Positions 10,148 to 20,560 are shown, counted from the first letter of the stretch. The stretch: 21,276 nt of DNA from Octopus sinensis (GCF_006345805.1 NW_021823665.1:1-21276), one strand, 5' to 3'. The notes: a model not told the origin generated them from the letters alone. A program made the numbers and translations.

Positions 10148-10819
10148 GACGCACACACACACATTCACACGCACACACACACAATAAATAAAGAAAAACA
10201 ATACTGAAACAGTGGTATTATCATGTGAACAATTTCTCTGAATTCAAGTAGTCAGCGTTATAAGCACAAAGACAAACTGTACATACATACCGATACGACT
10301 AAAGCGTTTGTTAATTTATTCACCGAAAATTTATTTCTCTTTTTCTTCTTGCCTTCCTGTCTTTTCGTCTCGATTATTGTCACTCTCTCTCTCTTGCTCT
10401 CCTTTCTTTTTTCCCCCCCCATGCCTTTCTCACTTTTTCTTTCTCCCTTCTTTCCTCATTCTCTCTCTTTCTCTCTCTCCTTTCTTTTCGTCTAACATAA
10501 TACAACAAAACAGTAAAAGGTACACAAAACGTGCAGCAGAAAGACGCTGATGCTGTTTTTGGAGACATTTTTCTCTCAATTCTCCAACATGTCTCTGGAA
10601 CCTCTGTTTATTTCTCGTTATATAGCAACTTGGGAAATCGATATTCAAAACAACACAGACAAAAACAGAGACCAATGAAAATAAAATAAGATAAAATGAT
10701 AATAAAATAAAAAGAAAAAAACAACTCCAGAAAGTAACCAGAAAGGAAAAGAAGCGATACAGTAAAATTGAAGGGAAAAATTACAATTATAACAACGGTT
10801 AACAAAAAGAACAACAAAA

Positions 10820-10930
10820 ACCACGACGACCACGACGACGACGACGACGACGACGACCACCACCACCACCATCACCACCACCAACAACAACAGAAACAAG
10901 GGTAACAAAAACCAACCAACCAACCAACCA
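10820..10930. repeat. (ACG)n/(ACC)n/(AAC)n/(AACC)n compound microsatellite
   Basis: Directly visible. Confidence 0.9.
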
Positions 10931-11166
10931 ACAACTTTAGCTCAATTCCCAAACAACTTGTTTGTAAAGTTCTCTAATGGCATTAAATTCATTGTTTGCT
11001 CCCAAGTATCTCGAATCCATATATGGTAAAGATTGTTAGTGGTCGGCTTGATAAGAATGAACGATCGATCGATCGAACAACGATGACAAATCAATATCGG
11101 ATATTATACAACACGCACGCACGCACATACACACAAACGCAAACACGGACACACACATACACACGC

Positions 11167-11167
<1 letters not shown>

Positions 11168-11213
<46 letters not shown>

Positions 11214-11239
11214 ATATATATAATATATATATATATATA

Positions 11240-11300
<61 letters not shown>

Positions 11301-11329
11301 GTATGTATATATATATATATATATATATG

Positions 11330-11365
<36 letters not shown>

Positions 11366-11443
11366 GTATATATATATGTATATATATATATATGTATATA
11401 TATATATGTATATATATATACACATATTTATATAGACATATAT

Positions 11444-11483
<40 letters not shown>

Positions 11484-11538
11484 ATATATATACATACATA
11501 CATATATATATATATATATTATATATATATATATATAT

Positions 11539-11571
<33 letters not shown>
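11168..11571. repeat. About 400-bp (TA)n/(TATG)n tract ending in (GA)n
   Basis: Directly visible. Source of the YI-repeat ORFs. Confidence 0.97.
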
Positions 11572-11575
<4 letters not shown>

Positions 11576-11789
11576 GATTTGTGTGTATATACGTTAGTAT
11601 GTATATACGTATGTATGTAATCAATGTAGACAAAGAAAGTAGATTCTATGGTTCTATGAAAACATGTCTTACCATTTTCTACCAGACAGTGGAATGGAAT
11701 CGGCTGTATTTAATTAAAAAAAATCTGTCTCTATGGCTAGGAATGGATTCTTTCATGATTCTTTCATAAATGGTTTTTCTCTTACAAAT

Positions 11790-12380
11790 AATAATAATAA
11801 TGATAATGCCGATAATCGTGTTGTTGTTGGTAGTGGTGGTGGTGGTGGTTGAACTGATGGTGATGATGTTGATGAAGATGATACTGACGACGACAATGAT
11901 GATGATGGTGATGATGATGGCAGTAAAGATAATGTTGGTGATGACGGTGATGATGGTTATAATCTTCATCTTGGGGATGATGATAGAAGGCGGGGGTGAT
12001 GACGACGACGACGACAATGATGATAATGATGATGATGATGATGATGATGACGATGATGATGATGATGATGACGATGATGATGATGATGATGACGATGATG
12101 ATGACGATGATGATGACGATGACGATGACGATGATGATGAGGATGATGATGACGATGATGATGATGATGATGATGATGATGACGAAGATGATGAAGAGAA
12201 TGATGATGATGACGATGATGATGATGATGATATTAATGATGTTGATTTTGATGCTGCTGCCGATGATGACCAAACACAGAGGATGATGATGATGATGATA
12301 ATCAGTTTCACGAGTATGCAGTTATTGCTTATCCTCGTCGTCGTCGGCCTCCTCCTCCTCCTCTTCACCGTCATCACTCT
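11790..12380. repeat. (GAT)n/(GAC)n/(GGT)n trinucleotide low-complexity block
   Basis: Directly visible. Gives stop-free poly-D, poly-S, poly-M and poly-H frames. Confidence 0.95.
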
Positions 12381-12492
12381 CACTATGATCCTCGAGATCG
12401 TTATCATAATCCACCAGAGTACGAGATTTTCCTAGACATAATCTCTTGATATATGTTAAACGAGGAGTGGGGTAGGTGGGTGGGAAACAAAG

Positions 12493-12538
12493 ACAGATGG
12501 TGGTGGTCGTGGAGGGAGTAAGGCCACGAAATGTGACA
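12493..12538 (+). repeat. 46-bp exact direct repeat, copy 2
   Basis: Identical to 10102-10147. Confidence 0.95.
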
Positions 12539-12589
12539 ATTTCCTGCGATTTCCTTCTTACAACTGATACAATTGTTAAGGTTCTTTAT

Positions 12590-13083
<494 letters not shown>

Positions 13084-13228
13084 GTGGAATGATAAAGGAA
13101 ATGTATATTTTTACCCAGAAAAAAAAGTTCTAAATGTAAAAGGGAAAATGGAACGTAAACTTAATTTGTGGAAACATCGGTGACACTTCCGCCCACATTT
13201 CTGTTTTAGAATGTTATATATATATATA

Positions 13229-13630
13229 TAGGAGTGGCTGTGTGGTAAGTAGCTTGCTTACCAACCACATGGTTCCGGGTTCAGTCCCACTGCGTGGCAT
13301 CTTGGGCAAGTGTCTTTTGCTATAGCCTCGGGCCGACCAATGCCTTGTGAGTGGATTTGGTAGACGGAAACTGAAAGAAGCCTGTCGTATATATGTATAT
13401 ATGTATATGTATTTGTGTGTATGTTTGCGTGTCTGTGTTTGTCCCCCTAGCATTGCTTGACAACCGATGGTGGTGTATTTACGTCCCCGTCACTTCGCGG
13501 TTCGGCAAAAGAGACCGATAGAATAAGTACTGGTCTTACAAAGAATAAGTCCCGGGGTCGACTTGCTCGACTAAAGGTGGTGCTCCAGCATGGCCACAGT
13601 CAAATGACTGAAACAAGAAAAGGAGTAAAA
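13229..13630 (+). mobile_element. Near full-length SINE family B inserted in a (TA)n tract
   Basis: Same head, body and tail as 3848-4284; (TA)n on both flanks. Confidence 0.92.
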
Positions 13631-13707
13631 TAGTATATATATATATATATACAAGAGGAAGAGAAAGAGAGAGAGAGAGAGAGAGAGGGGGGAGAGAGAG
13701 ACAGAGG

Positions 13708-13878
13708 TATAGGCATGGCTCTGTGCTTAAGAAGCTTGCTTAGCAATCACGTTGCTTTGGGTTCACTTCCACTGTGCAGCACCTTGGGGAAATACCTTCC
13801 ACTATAGCCCGGAGCTGACCAATGCCTTTTGAGTGAATTTAACAAACAGAAACTGGATGGAAGCCTGTCGTATATATA
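13708..13878 (+). mobile_element. Diverged 5' half of a family B-like SINE
   Basis: tataggcatggctctgtgcttaagaagcttgc ... gggttcacttccactgtgcagcaccttggg ... gaaactggatggaagcctgtcgtatata. Confidence 0.75.
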
Positions 13879-13879
13879 T

Positions 13880-14367
13880 CGAAGATGGACTCTCCCGTCG
13901 TTAGACGACGTATGAGGCTTCGACAATTTCTTACCGAACGAGCACACAGATAATTTGTTTATATATGTCTTTACTACCCACAAGGGGCTAAACACAGAGG
14001 GGACAAACAAGGAAGACAAAGGGATTAAGTCGATTACATCGACCCCAGTGCGTAACTGGTACTTAATTTATCGACCCCGAAAAGATGAAAGGCAAAGTAG
14101 ACCTCGGCGGAATTTGAACTCGGAACGTAACGATAGATAATTTGTTTATAGTGATCAAATGCTTGTGTACACCTAAGCTCATTCCCTTCATCGGATCGAC
14201 ATTACATGTACAGGTGCAACGGGTGTCACATGACAGATGATGAAACGATCGCAGAGCAATGTGAAATGAAGTGCTTTGCTCAAGAACAAAGTGCAACGCC
14301 CGGTTTGGGAATCGAACCCACGATCTCGCAATCGTGAGTGCAACACCTTAACCACTGAGCCATGCGC
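13880..14367 (-). mobile_element. tRNA-derived SINE family C, interrupted by a family A insertion
   Basis: Reverse complement head gcgcatggctcagtggttaaggtgttgcactcacgattgcgagatcgtgggttcgattccc has clear A and B boxes. The body continues across the insertion; the 3' boundary is approximate. Confidence 0.75.
13964..14134 (-). mobile_element. 5'-truncated SINE family A with a 16-bp target-site duplication
   Basis: agataatttgtttata occurs at 13948-13963 and 14135-14150. Confidence 0.92.
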
Positions 14368-14499
14368 AATGTGTTACCAAAAACGAAAACTATAATTATT
14401 GCTAAATGTGACTAGGTTGTTAGAAACAGCTACATTGCTAGAAATAAGAGCTAAAATGCTCTAATACTGTAGTTAAAGCACATAATTGTATATATATAT

Positions 14500-14803
14500 T
14501 GTTTGTTCCTTCTCGAGTCACGCCTGGCTCACAAGGGCCGGTTTCCCGGTTTCCTTGGCGTATAGGTTCCCCACCTGGATGGGACGCCGGTCCGTCGCAT
14601 CCAGGAGCTGTAAGATGCAGGAGGAAAGAGTGAGAGAAAGTTGTGGCGAAAGAGTCAGCTGAAGTTCTGCCATTACCTTCTCCCGGAGCCGCGTGGAGCT
14701 TAAGTTTTTCGCTCATAAACACACACATCGTCCGGTCTGAGATTCGAACCCGCGATCCCTCGACCGCGAGTCCGCTGCTCTAACCACTAGGCCATGTGCC
14801 TCC
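14500..14803 (-). mobile_element. tRNA-derived SINE, OR-like type 1 (possibly the octopus OR1/OR2 tRNA-Arg-related families)
   Basis: Head ggaggcacatggcctagtggttagagcagcggactcgcggtcgagggatcgcgggttcgaatctc. Head and body are shared with 18476-18861, but the 3' half differs. The family name is from memory and not verified. Confidence 0.8.
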
Positions 14804-14846
14804 ATATACATATATACTGACAGGGATTGTAATCGCCTGAAAATAC

Positions 14847-14913
14847 CGGTCAAGAACTTCCTATACTGATCGGCCAGTTTCGATTGATTCCGTAGCCTCA
14901 TCAGTAGGGACCG
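14847..14913 (-). ncRNA. Full type-I hammerhead ribozyme motif with weakened stem II
   Basis: Minus strand: CGGUC CCUA CUGAUGA GGCUACGGAAUCAAUC GAA ACUGG CCGA UCAGU A | UAGG AAGUUCUU GACCG. Canonical core, 5-bp stem III, GUA triplet, 4+5-bp stem I with an 8-nt bulge. Confidence 0.75.
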
Positions 14914-15020
14914 CTCAATTCGGCTGATTCCGGGCTCAATTCTGTTAGTGCATATGTATTCACTATAAAAAATCAATGGATGATTTAGTGTATCACTATG
15001 TGTGTGCGAGCGTGTATGTG

Positions 15021-15492
15021 ACTCTTTTACTCTTTTACTTGTTTCAGTCACTTGACTGTGGCCATGCTGGAGCACCTATTTCTTTACTGCCCACAAGGGG
15101 CTACACACAGAGGGGACAAACAAGGACAGACAGACGGATTAAATTGATTATATCGACCCCAGTGCGTAACTGGTACTTATTTAATCGACCCCGAAAGGAT
15201 GAAAGGCAAAGTTGACCTCGGCGGAATTTGAACTCGGAACGTAACGGCCAACGAAATACGTATTTCTTTACTACCCACAAGGGGCTAAACACAGAAGGAA
15301 CAAACAAGGACAGACAGACGGATTAAGTCGATTATATCGACCCCAGTGCGTAACTGGTACTTATTTAATCGACCCCGAAAGGATGAAAGGCAAAGTCAAC
15401 CTCGGCGGAATTTGAACTCAGAACGTAACGGCAGACGAAATACCGCGAAGCATTTCGCCCGGCGTGCAAACGATTCTGCCAGCTCGCCGCCT
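15021..15492 (-). mobile_element. Composite SINE: full family A, then head-truncated family A, then a family B tail
   Basis: Full A at 15262-15492, second unit at 15078-15260, B-type tail ggtgctccagcatggccacagtcaagtgactgaaacaagtaaaagag at 15021-15075. Confidence 0.88.
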
Positions 15493-15746
15493 TGAAATTC
15501 CTCTTTGGAAAAGTCTGTGTATAATTCTTTGGTAAACAATGCTTTACCTTAGTTTGGATACTTCGTAAAACTTCGATCAAATATTAGTCGAATGTGGTAA
15601 CAAAGCAACTGTTATGTAATTGTTATGTGCTAACATCTCAGCGACTGCTATGCTCATTCGATGAGGTAATACACTGGATTACTACACACATGTGAGTGAG
15701 AACACTTTGAGATATTTTTGGTATCTAACATATGTCAGATACTGCG

Positions 15747-15860
15747 AGCGCTGCTTCTGATTGGTCAATCCATGGTGATGACCCGAGGTCACGGTGACAG
15801 CGCTGCTTCTGATTGGTCAATTCATGGTGATGACCCGAGGTCACGGTGACGGCACTACTT
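15747..15860. repeat. 52-bp tandem duplication (two copies plus a short degenerate third start)
   Basis: Units 15747-15798 and 15799-15850 differ by one base (aatccat/aattcat). Confidence 0.95.
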
Positions 15861-15934
15861 TTGTCATTCATAAGTTACAACTAAACGTGAAGAATTTAGT
15901 TATTGGGTTAATAAAATATGGTCGTTTATTCGTG

Positions 15935-16104
15935 TGTAATAAATAAAATACCAAACTCATTCCCCGTGGATACCGTATTTATTACAACTCGTGGCTTGTA
16001 AACGTATCTAACTCGCTTTCGCTCGTTAGATACGTTTACAAGCCACTCGTTGTAATAAATACGGTATCCATAGGGATCTCGTTTGGTATTCTCTATTTCT
16101 TACA
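15935..16104. mobile_element. Palindromic MITE-like or foldback element
   Basis: 46-bp arms at 15967-16012 and 16025-16070 with 44/46 pairing around a 12-nt spacer. Outer pairing aataccaaac(15947-56)/gtttggtatt(16081-90) in the same register. Confidence 0.8.
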
Positions 16105-16837
16105 TCAGAGAGATTGAGCTGGGGGTATTCTGAGCGTTGAAGACAACTCATCGCGGAATCCGTTTTGGTGAGCTTCAGGTCGAGCCTTATGAATTATTTC
16201 TAGAAAATATCTGTAAGTAATGCTATTGAGAAATAATGCTATTAGTTCCCCATAAGCTGTACTCGCACGAAACTACAAAAGCGGGACATGTCTTAGATGT
16301 GACAGTACATTGTTTATGCTATTTTACATCCAATTTTGATATCATATTTTTTATATTTCTTCTACTTGTTACGACACATTTTTGTTATTTTGGTTTTCAT
16401 TCCTTCTCCTTCTTCTCCTCCTATTCTCTTCCTTCATCTTCTCCACTCTTTCTCCTTCTATTTCTTCTTTCACCCATTCTCTTCTCCCTCCTCCGGATGT
16501 GGTCGGAAGCTTCTGGACAGCTTTTTTTCTTCTCAGGTCAAGCTCTCATCAAGTTCAAGTACTACTCAAAGATGAGGGAGAGAGATAGGCGCTACTATTG
16601 AGAAAATTTTATGAAAGGCGGGTCAGAATGACGAAACTGGTGAAGCTAAGTGGGCCTACACTAACTATACCGTTGTATGTTAGGGGGGAGGGGAGGGGAA
16701 GCAGAAAGCATTTACCTTTGGTGTGTCAAGGTAGTTTGGGGTCGAATGTGAGGTTGTTTTATATCACTCCATGTATTTGAACTTATTTCTTAAGGATCCT
16801 TTCTTTTTAATACTTTGTTGTTGTATACTATTATTAC

Positions 16838-16851
16838 TATCTATCTATCTA

Positions 16852-16906
<55 letters not shown>

Positions 16907-16940
16907 TATTATTATTGTTGTTGTTGTTGTTGTTGTTGTT
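16838..16940. repeat. (TATC)n then (TTA)/(TTG)n microsatellite
   Basis: Directly visible. Confidence 0.95.
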
Positions 16941-16947
16941 ATTAATT

Positions 16948-17530
16948 ATTTCGCCCGTCGCTACGTTCTGAGTTCAAATTCCGCCGAGGTCGATTTCATC
17001 CTTTCGGGGGTCGATAAATTAAGTACCAGTTGAGTACTGGGGTCAATGTTTTCGACTATTTTCCCCCACCAAAAAATTTCAGGCCTTGTGCCTATAGTAG
17101 AAAGGATTGTTATTATTATTAAGGCGGCGAGTTGGCATAATCGTTAGCACGCTGGGCGAAATGCTCAGCGGTATTTCGTCTGCAGCTACGTTCTGAGTTC
17201 AAATTCTGCCGAGATCGACTTTGCCTTTCATCCTTTCGGGGTCGATTAAATAAATACCAGTTACGCACTGGGGTCGATATAATCGACTTAATCCACGTGT
17301 CTCTCCTTGTTTGTCCCCTCTATATGTAGCCCCTTGTGGGCAGTAAAGAAATAGGTATTTCGTCTACCGTTACATTCTGAGCTAAAATTCCACCGAGGTC
17401 GACTTTGTCTTTCATCCTTTCGGTGTCAATAAATAAAGTACTAGTGAAACACCGGGGTCGATGTAATCTACTAGTCATCACCCCACAGCGTTGAGGCCTT
17501 GTGCCTCCAGTAGAAAGGATTATTATTATT
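16948..17530 (+). mobile_element. Cluster of three family A SINE units (truncated 16948-17118, full 17121-17352, head-truncated 17353-17530)
   Basis: Repeated core gttctgagttcaaattc.gccgaggtcgac...catcctttcggggtcgat; tails aggccttgtgcct..agtagaaaggattatt and ttgtggg.agtaaagaaata. Confidence 0.9.
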
Positions 17531-17863
17531 GTTTTTTTCCTTTCTTCAAATTTTGTTCCATTTCTCGCCGGGTGTTTTCCGTACACCTAGGGTAGAGAAG
17601 CTCATTGTATGCACTCCCAGATTAGACACTCAAATTCACAGGTAAAATATGTATTTAAAAAAATCAATAAATAAATAAATTCATGAATGGATGTTGCTTT
17701 CACAGCAATAATGCTCTTCTCAGTACATGAGTCGTTCCAGTTAACACGAGTTTTTGCACTTCCTGTAGGGATGGTAAGCCTGGTATCATTTTCAAATAGG
17801 TTTCAGTACCTTTTTTTTTTTATCATTCCTAGAGATCCTACAATCACTGGTACTGTAGTCGCC

Positions 17864-17901
<38 letters not shown>

Positions 17902-17903
<2 letters not shown>

Positions 17904-18076
17904 GTCGATGAGCTGGCAGAATCGTTAGCATGCTGGGCGAAATGCTTAGCGGCGTTTCGTTCGTCTTTACGACCTGAGCTTAAATTCCGCGAAGATCGAC
18001 TTCGCCTTTCAGGGTCGATAAATTAAGTACCAGTCAAATTTCAGGCTATGTGCCTATATTGGGAAGGATTATTATT
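17902..18076 (+). mobile_element. Family A SINE with internal deletions
   Basis: gagctggcagaatcgttagcatgctgggcgaaatgcttagcgg ... tttcaggctatgtgcctatattgggaaggattatt. Confidence 0.85.
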
Positions 18077-18165
18077 ATTTATTGTCCACTAATCTTATTT
18101 GTATTACATGCCTTCATTACACTATCTAATGCATTTCCGGGCACCTTGGTTATGTGCAGTGTTTT

Positions 18166-18994
18166 GTCTGGAGAGAAAACAACAAAATCAAACGTTAAAG
18201 TGCATCAAATTCAAACTTTTACAGAATTTTAACTGATCAAAAGCCGAACCAGAACAACAAATATCAAATATAGATCTTGAGAAGAGATAGTTAGTATGCG
18301 GAGAGAGACTGGGGGTGACTGAAAAACAAACTGACAAAAAAAAAATATTTTGTATATCTGCTCTCTATCTTGTAATGCAATTTTCTTCAGCTCGTGTACA
18401 TTTGCTATTTTTTTTTGTCAGCTTCTTTTTCTGTCACCCCCAGTGGGGATTGCTTTTATTTTCTCTCTCCACATACTGATGGAAGCACTCCGTCGGTTAC
18501 GACGACGAGGGTTCCGGTTGATCCGAATCAACGGAACAGCCTGCTCGTGAAATTAACGTGTAAGTGGCTGAGCACTCCACAGACACGTGTACCCTTAACG
18601 TAGTTCTCGGGGATATTCAGCGTGACACAGAGAGTGACAAGGGCGGCCCCTTGAAATACAAGTACAACAGAAACAGGAAGTAAGGGGAAGTAAGTTGTGG
18701 TGAAAGAGTGCAGCAGGGATCACCACCATCCCCTGCCGGAGACTCGTGGAGCTTTAGGTGTTTTCACTCAATAAACACTCACAACGCCCGGTCTGGGAAT
18801 CGAAACTGCGATCCTATGATCGCGAGTCCGCTGCCCTAACCACTGGGCCATTGCGCCTCCACATAATAACTATCTCTTCTCAAGATCTATATTTCATATT
18901 TGTTGTCCTGGTTCGGCTTTTGGTCAGTTAAAATTCTGTAAAAGTTTGAATTTGATGCCCTTTAACGTTTGATTTTGTTGTTTACTCACCAGAC
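18166..18994. mobile_element. About 445-bp foldback (palindromic) element split by a SINE insertion
   Basis: Outer arms 18166-18298 and 18862-18994 match at 126/133 with no gaps. Inner arms 18308-18346 and 18406-18444 match at 36/39. Loop 18347-18405. Confidence 0.88.
18476..18861 (-). mobile_element. tRNA-derived SINE, OR-like type 2, with a 9-bp TSD
   Basis: Head ggaggcgcaatggcccagtggttagggcagcggactcgcg...gtttcgattccc. ctccacata occurs at 18467-18475 and 18857-18865. Confidence 0.88.
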
Positions 18995-19616
18995 TTTATA
19001 CGAGGATAGTTAAAGTTTTGTGTTTTGGATAGAGTGCAGCGTTAAAATATTTTTGATGTATAAAAACATATTCTTCTCACATCCATTTATGTCTTTTGTG
19101 TTGTATTTGTAAAGGGGTAAAGTTGAGCGATAAAACATGGTCCTTTATTTAGATTGTCATCAGTCTCCTCAGGTATCTTTTATTTATTTCTCGCCGTCGT
19201 ATTTTACGTGTCCCGTTATTATACTTTTTATGCATAAATTAAAAAGTATGTATTCTCCTTTTGAGACCGGGTTCAATGTTATGTTTCTTGTTTTTTCGTA
19301 ATGCTTGTTACTTTATCTGTGTGGGAGATTGAATCAGTTTGGTGTTGATATAAATCGTGCTTTCTTAGGTTGTTTACCTATGGCATCCCATCTCCAGCCA
19401 ATACGAACGTTTGTAACGCATTAATTACATTCAGTAATTATCAATAAATTTTACTAACAAGTCATTGTATTACTTACATATTTATCCTTCAACATTTTCA
19501 TGTTTTATCGCTTTGATTCGTGGTTATTTAATCGGTGTTAATGGATCATTTTCAGAGCAGTCACGTATCGATCTCTTACGTTAAACAAAGCAAAGTGTTC
19601 TCCATTAAACGTCCCC

Positions 19617-19759
<143 letters not shown>

Positions 19760-19893
19760 AGGGCTTCTGAGGTGCGCAGCCATAAAATTTCGAGGGGGAA
19801 GGAATCAGTCCACTACGTAGCTGTTACTGTATTGTATCGATCCCGAATTGATGAAGGCCAAAAGATGACCTTGGCGGGATTTGAACTCAGAAC
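19760..19893 (-). mobile_element. Diverged, truncated family A SINE
   Basis: gatcccgaattgatgaaggccaaaagatgaccttggcgggatttgaactcagaac. Confidence 0.7.
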
Positions 19894-19944
<51 letters not shown>

Positions 19945-19955
19945 TAATAATAATG

Positions 19956-20425
19956 ATAAAAAGATGGGCTACAGCAAATATTCTGCTCAATACCACAGAT
20001 TTGCTTGTCAGTTGTTTGACCTTAACCAGTTGAACATGTCCGTTAGTGGCTGAGGATATGTGCATCTTTGATCACGAGCAGAAGTAGTGGGGGAGCAACT
20101 TAGCCATGTGTTGAGAGGGATTCTGTGGGGTTTGGATAATTCACCTTCGGAAACATGGGTGTTTCGTTCAACATCCTTAAACAATCCTTATTCAGGGACC
20201 TTTTGAGCGGGATGGGCTACTCGACCAGAAGAAAATTCTTACTGGGCCCCCACCTGCAATGTCATGCGCTGTTTATCTTGATATGAGATCACCATGTCGC
20301 GCACATGTGGTTGTGATGGATGTGCCTGGTGTACCCTTATCAGACGTGTAGTCATGATGGGTATACTGGGCTTCGCATATTTTGCCCCAGTGTTACTTTG
20401 ATGGCATGCACTACTCTCTCACTCA
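19956..20425 (+). mobile_element. Dispersed repeat family D, copy 3
   Basis: Colinear with 6944-7410. Tail is (AAC)n(AGC)n(AAC)n(AAT)n. Confidence 0.88.
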
Positions 20426-20427
20426 AT

Positions 20428-20470
<43 letters not shown>

Positions 20471-20493
20471 GCAGCAGCAGCAGCAGCAACAAT

Positions 20494-20526
<33 letters not shown>

Positions 20527-20529
20527 AAC

Positions 20530-20560
<31 letters not shown>

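Noticed and set aside
10501-10678. Stop-free, protein-looking stretch (QNVQQKDADAVFGDIFSQFSNMSLEP...)
   Set aside because: No start codon, poor acceptor context, no recognisable homology.
11679-12435. Long ORFs (221-242 aa) with poly-D, poly-S or poly-H
   Set aside because: All frames are open only because of (GAT)n/(GAC)n repeats. No domain and no splice evidence.
14730-14803. tRNA-like heads (also 14310-14367 and 18800-18861) as tRNA genes
   Set aside because: They have A and B boxes but no complete cloverleaf or acceptor stem, and they continue into SINE bodies.
16223-16605. ctattgagaaa repeated at 16223 and 16595 as a possible TSD
   Set aside because: An 11-bp AT-rich match. The enclosed sequence has no element hallmarks.
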